Assembly: GCA_964057225.1 (NCBI GenBank)
Contig: CAXKVF010000073.1
Span: 186,001-250,000 of the forward strand
Origin: Auanema rhodensis
Lineage: Eukaryota; Animalia; Nematoda
Direction: 5' to 3'
DNA: 64,000 bases
Part shown: one piece after another, positions 54,851-64,000 of the stretch
How the letters are laid out: the number at the start of each line of letters is the position of its first letter
Numbering within the stretch: the stretch's first letter is position 1
Position numbers and translations under genes: made by a program
The notes under the pieces: model-generated
What the model saw: only the letters and a program-made list of their open reading frames with translations
Database searches by the model: none
Told to the model about the DNA's origin: nothing

Positions 54851-56899
54851 TAAAGTTCACGTAAATTTCAAAGTCATGGTTACCATGAACTAATATCAAT
54901 GAAAATTTGTTTTTAGACTAATATGGACATGGGGAATCTAATTTTGAAAACCGCATCTCTTTATCTTTCACGTGAAGCGAGTTACATACCAAGTGCTCAT
55001 CACGTGTACATTTAATTAGCATAAATTAAAGTTCACGTAAATTTCAAAGTCATGGTTACCATGAACCAATATCAATAAAAATTTGTTTTTAGACTAATAT
55101 GGACATGGGGAATCAAATTTTGAAAACCGCATCTCTTTATCTTTCACGTGAAGCGAGTTACATACCAAGTGCACATCACGTGTACATTTAATTAGCATAA
55201 ATTAAAGTTCACGTAAATTTCAAAGTCATGGTTACCATGCACCAATATCAATAAAAATTTGTTTTTAGACTAATATGGACATGGGGAATCTAATTTTGAA
55301 AACCGCATCTCTTTATCTTTCACGTGAAGCGAGTTACATACCAAGTGCACATCACGTGTACATTTAATTAGCATAAATTAAAGTTCACGTAAATTTCAAA
55401 GTCATGGTTACCATGCACCAATATCAATAAAAATTTGTTTTTAGACTAATATGGACATGGGGAATCTAATTTTGAAAACCGCATCTCTTTATCTTTCACG
55501 TGAAGCGAGTTACATACCAAGTGCACATCACGTGTACATTTAATTAGCATGAATTAAAGTTCACGTAAATTTTAAAGTCATGGTTACCATGAACCAATAT
55601 CAATAAAAATTTGTTTTTAGACTAATATGGACATGGGGAATCTAATTTTGAAAACCGCATCTCTTTATCTTTCACGTGAAGCGAGTTACATACCAAGTGC
55701 ACATCACGTGTACATTTAATTAGCATAAATTAAAGTTCACGTAAATTTCAAAGTCATGGTTACCATGCACCAATATCAATAAAAATTTGTTTTTAGACTA
55801 ATATGGACATGGGGAATCTAATTTTGAAAACCGCATCTCTTTATCTTTCACGTGAAGCGAGTTACATACCAAGTGCACATCACGTGTAAATTTAATTAGC
55901 ATAAATTAAAGTTCACGTAAATTTCAAAGTCATGGTTATCATGAACCAATATCAATAAAAATTTGTTTTTAGACTAATATGGACATGAGGAATCTAATTT
56001 TGAAAACCGCATCTCTTTATCTTTCACGTGAAGCGAGTTACATACCAAGTGCACATCACGTGTACATTTAATTAGCATAAATTAAAGTTCACGTAAATTT
56101 CAAAGTCATGGTTACCATGCACCAATATCAATAAAAATTTGTTTTTAGACTAATATGAACATGGGGAATCTAATTTTGAAAACCGCATCTCTTTATCTTT
56201 CACGTGAAGCGAGTTACATACCAAGTGCACATCACGTGTAAATTTAATTAGCATAAATTAAAGTTCACGTAAATTTCAAAGTCATGGTTATCATGAACCA
56301 ATATCAATAAAAATTTGTTTTTAGACTAATATAGACATGGGGAATCTAATTTTGAAAACCGCATCTCTTTATCTTTCACGTGAAGCGAGTTACATACCAA
56401 GTGCACATCACGTGTACATTTAATTAGCATAAATTAAAGTTCACGTAAATTTCAAAGTCATGGTTACCATGCACCAATATCAATAAAAATTTGTTTTTAG
56501 ACTAATATGGACATGGGGAATCTAATTTTGAAAACCGCATCTCTTTATCTTTCACGTGAAGCGAGTTACATACCAAGTGCACATCACGTGTACATTTAAT
56601 TAGCATAAATTAAAGTTCACGTAAATTTCAAAGTCATGGTTACCATGCACCAATATCAATAAAAATTTGTTTTTAGACTAATATGGACATGGGGAATCTA
56701 ATTTTGAAAACCGCATCTCTTTATCTTTCACGTGAAGCGAGTTACATACCAAGTGCACATCACGTGTACATTTAATTAGCATAAATTAAAGTTCACGTAA
56801 ATTTCAAAGTCATGGTTATCATGAACCAATATCAATAAAAATTTGTTTTTAGACTAATATGGACATGGGGAATCTAATTTTGAAAACCGCATCTCTTTA

Positions 56900-59800
56900 T
56901 CTTTCACGTGAAGCGAGTTACATACCAAGTGCACATCACGTGTACATTTAATTAGCATAAATTAAAGTTCACGTAAATTTCAAAGTCATGGTTACCATGA
57001 ACCAGTATCAATAAAAGTTTGTTTTTAGACTAATATGGACATGGGGAATCAAATTTTGAAAACCGCATCTCTTTATCTTTCACGTGAAGCGAGTTACATA
57101 CCAAGTGCACATCACGTGTACATTTAATTAGCATAAATTAAAGTTCACGTAAATTTCAAAGTCATGGTTATCATGAACCAATATAAATAAAAATTTGTTT
57201 TTAGACTAATATGGACATGGGGAATCAAATTGTGAAAACCGCATCTCTTTATCTTTCACGTGAAGCGAGTTACATACCAAGTGCACATCACGTGTACATT
57301 TAATTAGCATAAATTAAAGTTCACGTAAATTTCAAAGTCATGGTTACCATGAACCAATATCAATAAAAATTTGTTTTTAGACTAATATGAACATGGGGAA
57401 TCTAATTTTGAGAACCGCATCTCTTTATCTTTCACGTGAAGCGAGTTACATACCAAGTGCACATCACGTGTACATTTAATAAGCATAAATTAAAGTTCAC
57501 GTAAATTTCAAAGTCATGGTTATCATGAACCAATATCAATAAAAATTTGTTTTTAGACTAATATGGACATGGGGAATCTAATTTTGAAAACCGCATCTCT
57601 TTATCTTTCACGTGAAGCGAGTTACATACCAAGTGCACATCACGTGTACATTTAATTAGCATAAATTAAAGTTCACGTAAATTTCAAAGTCATGGTTACC
57701 ATGAACCAATATCAATAAAAATTTGTTTTTAGACTAATATGGACATGGGGAATCAAATTGTGAAAACCGCATCTCTTTATCTTTCACGTGAAGCGAGTTA
57801 CATACCAAGTGCACATCACGTGTACATTTAATTAGCATAAATTAAAGTTCACGTAAATTTCAAAGTCATGGTTACCATGAACCAGTATCAATAAAAGTTT
57901 GTTTTTAGACTAATATGGACATGGGGAATCAAATTTTGAAAACCGCATCTCTTTATCTTTCACGTGAAGCGAGTTACATACCAAGTGCACATCACGTGTA
58001 CATTTAATTAGCATAAATTAAAGTTCACGTAAATTTCAAAGTCATGGTTATCATGAACCAATATAAATAAAAATTTGTTTTTAGACTAATATGGACATGG
58101 GGAATCAAATTGTGAAAACCGCATCTCTTTATCTTTCACGTGAAGCGAGTTACATACCAAGTGCACATCACGTGTACATTTAATTAGCATAAATTAAAGT
58201 TCACGTAAATTTCAAAGTCATGGTTACCATGAACCAATATCAATAAAAATTTGTTTTTAGACTAATATGGACATGGGGAATCTAATTTTGAAAACCGCAT
58301 CTCTTTATCTTTCACGTGAAGCGAGTTACATACCAAGTGCACATCACGTGTACATTTAATTAGCATAAATTAAAGTTCACGTAAATTTCAAAGTCATGGT
58401 TATCATGAACCAATATCAATAAAAATTTGTTTTTAGACTAATATGGACATGGGGAATCTAATTTTGAAAACCGCATCTCTTTATCTTTCACGTGAAGCGA
58501 GTTACATACCAAGTGCACATCACGTGTACATTTAATTAGCATAAATTAAAGTTCACGTAAATTTCAAAGTCATGGTTATCATGAACCAATATAAATAAAA
58601 ATTTGTTTTTAGACTAATATGGACATGGGGAATCAAATTGTGAAAACCGCATCTCTTTATCTTTCACGTGAAGCGAGTTACATACCAAGTGCACATCACG
58701 TGTACATTTAATTAGCATAAATTAAAGTTCACGTAAATTTCAAAGTCATGGTTACCATGAACCAATATCAATAAAAATTTGTTTTTAGACTAATATGGAC
58801 ATGGGGAATCTAATTTTGAAAACCGCATCTCTTTATCTTTCACGTGAAGCGAGTTACATACCAAGTGCACATCACGTGTACATTTAATTAGCATAAATTA
58901 AAGTTCACGTAAATTTCAAAGTCATGGTTATCATGAACCAATATCAATAAAAATTTGTTTTTAGACTAATATGGACATGGGGAATCTAATTTTGAAAACC
59001 GCATCTCTTTATCTTTCACGTGAAGCGAGTTACATACCAAGTGCACATCACGTGTACATTTAATTAGCATAAATTAAAGTTCACGTAAATTTCAAAGTCA
59101 TGGTTACCATGAACCAATATCAATAAAAATTTGTTTTTAGACTAATATGGACATGGGGAATCAAATTGTGAAAACCGCATCTCTTTATCTTTCACGTGAA
59201 GCGAGTTACATACCAAGTGCACATCACGTGTACATTTAATTAGCATAAATTAAAGTTCACGTAAATTTCAAAGTCATGGTTACCATGAACCAGTATCAAT
59301 AAAAGTTTGTTTTTAGACTAATATGGACATGGGGAATCAAATTTTGAAAACCGCATCTCTTTATCTTTCACGTGAAGCGAGTTACATACCAAGTGCACAT
59401 CACGTGTACATTTAATTAGCATAAATTAAAGTTCACGTAAATTTCAAAGTCATGGTTATCATGAACCAATATAAATAAAAATTTGTTTTTAGACTAATAT
59501 GGACATGGGGAATCAAATTGTGAAAACCGCATCTCTTTATCTTTCACGTGAAGCGAGTTACATACCAAGTGCACATCACGTGTACATTTAATTAGCATAA
59601 ATTAAAGTTCACGTAAATTTCAAAGTCATGGTTACCATGAACCAATATCAATAAAAATTTGTTTTTAGACTAATATGAACATGGGGAATCTAATTTTGAG
59701 AACCGCATCTCTTTATCTTTCACGTGAAGCGAGTTACATACCAAGTGCACATCACGTGTACATTTAATAAGCATAAATTAAAGTTCACGTAAATTTCAAA

Positions 59801-62800
59801 GTCATGGTTATCATGAACCAATATCAATAAAAATTTGTTTTTAGACTAATATGGACATGGGGAATCTAATTTTGAAAACCGCATCTCTTTATCTTTCACG
59901 TGAAGCGAGTTACATACCAAGTGCACATCACGTGTACATTTAATTAGCATAAATTAAAGTTCACGTAAATTTCAAAGTCATGGTTACCATGAACCAATAT
60001 CAATAAAAATTTGTTTTTAGACTAATATGGACATGGGGAATCTAATTTTGAAAACCGCATCTCTTTATCTTTCACGTGAAGCGAGTTACATACCAAGTGC
60101 ACATCACGTGTACATTTAATTAGCATAAATTAAAGTTCACGTAAATTTCAAAGTCATGGTTACCATGAACTAATATCAATAAAAATTTGTTTTTAGACTA
60201 ATATGGACATGGGGAATCTAATTTTGAAAACCGCATCTCTTTATCTTTCACGTGAAGCGAGTTACATACCAAGTGCTCATCACGTGTACATTTAATTAGC
60301 ATAAATTAAAGTTCACGTAAATTTCAAAGTCATGGTTACCATGAACCAATATCAATAAAAATTTGTTTTTGGACTAATATGGACATGGGGAATCAAATTT
60401 TGAAAACCGCATCTCTTTATCTTTCACGTGAAGCGAGTTACATACCAAGTGCACATCACGTGTACATTTAATTAGCATAAATTAAAGTTCACGTAAATTT
60501 CAAAGTCATGGTTATCATGAACCAATATAAATAAAAATTTGTTTTTAGACTAATATGGACATGGGGAATCAAATTGTGAAAACCGCATCTCTTTATCTTT
60601 CACGTGAAGCGAGTTACATACCAAGTGCACATCACGTGTACATTTAATTAGCATAAATTAAAGTTCACGTAAATTTCAAAGTCATGGTTACCATGAACCA
60701 ATATCAATAAAAATTTGTTTTTAGACTAATATGAACATGGGGAATCTAATTTTGAGAACCGCATCTCTTTATCTTTCACGTGAAGCGAGTTACATACCAA
60801 GTGCACATCACGTGTACATTTAATAAGCATAAATTAAAGTTCACGTAAATTTCAAAGTCATGGTTATCATGAACCAATATCAATAAAAATTTGTTTTTAG
60901 ACTAATATGGACATGGGGAATCTAATTTTGAAAACCGCATCTCTTTATCTTTCACGTGAAGCGAGTTACATACCAAGTGCACATCACGTGTACATTTAAT
61001 TAGCATAAATTAAAGTTCACGTAAATTTCAAAGTCATGGTTACCATGAACCAATATCAATAAAAATTTGTTTTTAGACTAATATGGACATGGGGAATCTA
61101 ATTTTGAAAACCGCATCTCTTTATCTTTCACGTGAAGCGAGTTACATACCAAGTGCACATCACGTGTACATTTAATTAGCATAAATTAAAGTTCACGTAA
61201 ATTTCAAAGTCATGGTTACCATGAACTAATATCAATAAAAATTTGTTTTTAGACTAATATGGACATGGGGAATCTAATTTTGAAAACCGCATCTCTTTAT
61301 CTTTCACGTGAAGCGAGTTACATACCAAGTGCTCATCACGTGTACATTTAATTAGCATAAATTAAAGTTCACGTAAATTTCAAAGTCATGGTTACCATGA
61401 ACCAATATCAATAAAAATTTGTTTTTAGACTAATATGGACATGGGGAATCAAATTTTGAAAACCGCATCTCTTTATCTTTCACGTGAAGCGAGTTACATA
61501 CCAAGTGCACATCACGTGTACATTTAATTAGCATAAATTAAAGTTCACGTAAATTTCAAAGTCATGGTTACCATGCACCAATATCAATAAAAATTTGTTT
61601 TTAGACTAATATGGACATGGGGAATCTAATTTTGAAAACCGCATCTCTTTATCTTTCACGTGAAGCGAGTTACATACCAAGTGCACATCACGTGTACATT
61701 TAATTAGCATGAATTAAAGTTCACGTAAATTTTAAAGTCATGGTTACCATGAACCAATATCAATAAAAATTTGTTTTTAGACTAATATGGACATGGGGAA
61801 TCTAATTTTGAAAACCGCATCTCTTTATCTTTCACGTGAAGCGAGTTACATACCAAGTGCACATCACGTGTACATTTAATTAGCATACATTAAAGTTCAC
61901 GTAAATTTCAAAGTCATGGTTATCATGAACCAATATCAATAAAAATTTGTTTTTAGACTAATATGGACATGGGGAATCTAATTTTGAAAACCGCATCTCT
62001 TTATCTTTCACGTGAAGCGAGTTACATACCAAGTGCACATCACGTGTACATTTAATTAGCATAAATTAAAGTTCACGTAAGTTTCAAAGTCATGGTTACC
62101 ATGCACCAATATCAATAAAAATTTGTTTTTAGACTAATATGGACATGGGGAATCAAATTGTGAAAACCGCATCTCTTTATCTTTCACGTGAAGCGAGTTA
62201 CATACCAAGTGCACATCACGTGTAAATTTAATTAGCATAAATTAAAGTTCACGTAAATTTCAAAGTCATGGTTATCATGAACCAATATCAATAAAAATTT
62301 GTTTTTAGACTAATATGGACATGGGGAATCTAATTTTGAAAACCGCATCTCTTTATCTTTCACGTGAAGCGAGTTACATACCAAGTGCACATCACGTGTA
62401 CATTTAATTAGCATAAATTAAAGTTCACGTAAATTTCAAAGTCATGGTTACCATGAACCAATATCAATAAAAATTTGTTTTTAGACTAATATGGACATGG
62501 GGAATCTAATTTTGAAAACCGCATCTCTTTATCTTTCACGTGAAGCGAGTTACATACCAAGTGCACATCACGTGTACATTTAATTAGCATAAATTAAAGT
62601 TCACGTAAATTTCAAAGTCATGGTTACCATGAACTAATATCAATAAAAATTTGTTTTTAGACTAATATGGACATGGGGAATCTAATTTTGAAAACCGCAT
62701 CTCTTTATCTTTCACGTGAAGCGAGTTACATACCAAGTGCTCATCACGTGTACATTTAATTAGCATAAATTAAAGTTCACGTAAATTTCAAAGTCATGGT

Positions 62801-64000
62801 TACCATGAACCAATATCAATAAAAATTTGTTTTTAGACTAATATGGACATGGGGAATCAAATTTTGAAAACCGCATCTCTTTATCTTTCACGTGAAGCGA
62901 GTTACATACCAAGTGCACATCACGTGTACATTTAATTAGCATAAATTAAAGTTCACGTAAATTTCAAAGTCATGGTTACCATGCACCAATATCAATAAAA
63001 ATTTGTTTTTAGACTAATATGGACATGGGGAATCTAATTTTGAAAACCGCATCTCTTTATCTTTCACGTGAAGCGAGTTACATACCAAGTGCACATCACG
63101 TGTACATTTAATTAGCATGAATTAAAGTTCACGTAAATTTTAAAGTCATGGTTACCATGAACCAATATCAATAAAAATTTGTTTTTAGACTAATATGGAC
63201 ATGGGGAATCTAATTTTGAAAACCGCATCTCTTTATCTTTCACGTGAAGCGAGTTACATACCAAGTGCACATCACGTGTACATTTAATTAGCATACATTA
63301 AAGTTCACGTAAATTTCAAAGTCATGGTTATCATGAACCAATATCAATAAAAATTTGTTTTTAGACTAATATGGACATGGGGAATCTAATTTTGAAAACC
63401 GCATCTCTTTATCTTTCACGTGAAGCGAGTTACATACCAAGTGCACATCACGTGTACATTTAATTAGCATAAATTAAAGTTCACGTAAGTTTCAAAGTCA
63501 TGGTTACCATGCACCAATATCAATAAAAATTTGTTTTTAGACTAATATGGACATGGGGAATCAAATTGTGAAAACCGCATCTCTTTATCTTTCACGTGAA
63601 GCGAGTTACATACCAAGTGCACATCACGTGTAAATTTAATTAGCATAAATTAAAGTTCACGTAAATTTCAAAGTCATGGTTATCATGAACCAATATCAAT
63701 AAAAATTTGTTTTTAGACTAATATGGACATGGGGAATCTAATTTTGAAAACCGCATCTCTTTATCTTTCACGTGAAGCGAGTTACATACCAAGTGCACAT
63801 CACGTGTACATTTAATTAGCATAAATTAAAGTTCACGTAAATTTCAAAGTCATGGTTACCATGCACCAATATCAATAAAAATTTGTTTTTAGACTAATAT
63901 GAACATGGGGAATCTAATTTTGAAAACCGCATCTCTTTATCTTTCACGTGAAGCGAGTTACATACCAAGTGCACATCACGTGTAAATTTAATTAGCATAA
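56900..64000 (+). repeat. Nested short duplications (3-, 5-, 6- and 8-mers)
   Basis: CCAGTATC at ~57003/57883/59291 (880, 1408); GCTCATC at ~60275/61331/62739 (1056, 1408); GCATACATT at 61888/63296 (1408). Confidence 0.8.

Larger units (their letters stand above)
7669..64000 (+). repeat. 176-bp satellite, main uninterrupted array (~320 monomers), probably centromeric or pericentromeric
   Basis: Continuous head-to-tail monomers with no inversion. The monomer start at 63974 fits exactly 341x176 from position 1 after accounting for the two inserts and two 15-bp deletions. The centromeric role is inferred only from nucleosome-scale length and homogeneity. Confidence 0.98.

Noticed and set aside
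1-64000. CRISPR array or prokaryotic repeat system
   Set aside because: Repeats are contiguous 176-bp units with no unique spacers, and there are no cas or other genes.

Overview
The window is eukaryotic, centromere- or heterochromatin-type DNA. About 94% is a head-to-tail array of an AT-rich, highly homogeneous 176-bp satellite (341 monomers). It is organised into local higher-order duplications of 14, 26, 24, 11, 14 and 28/27 monomers, plus short 2-8-mers. The array is interrupted twice, at the same monomer position (TACA within TACATA), by an internally deleted Ty3/gypsy-like LTR retroelement with a 472-bp LTR and a tRNA-Pro-type PBS. Copy 1 (1046-2528) is LTR-internal-truncated LTR. Copy 2 (5173-7668) is LTR-internal-truncated LTR-internal-truncated LTR. 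Flanking satellite variants indicate one insertion that was later duplicated together with the array, and the empty ancestral site survives at about 12597. The three 66-aa ORFs are one truncated, chimeric element ORF that also carries candidate splice signals. No genes, RNA genes or CRISPR arrays are supported, and I cannot assign the organism. I found no convincing new protein-coding system. The interest lies in satellite/retroelement dynamics and in the palindrome architecture of the monomer.
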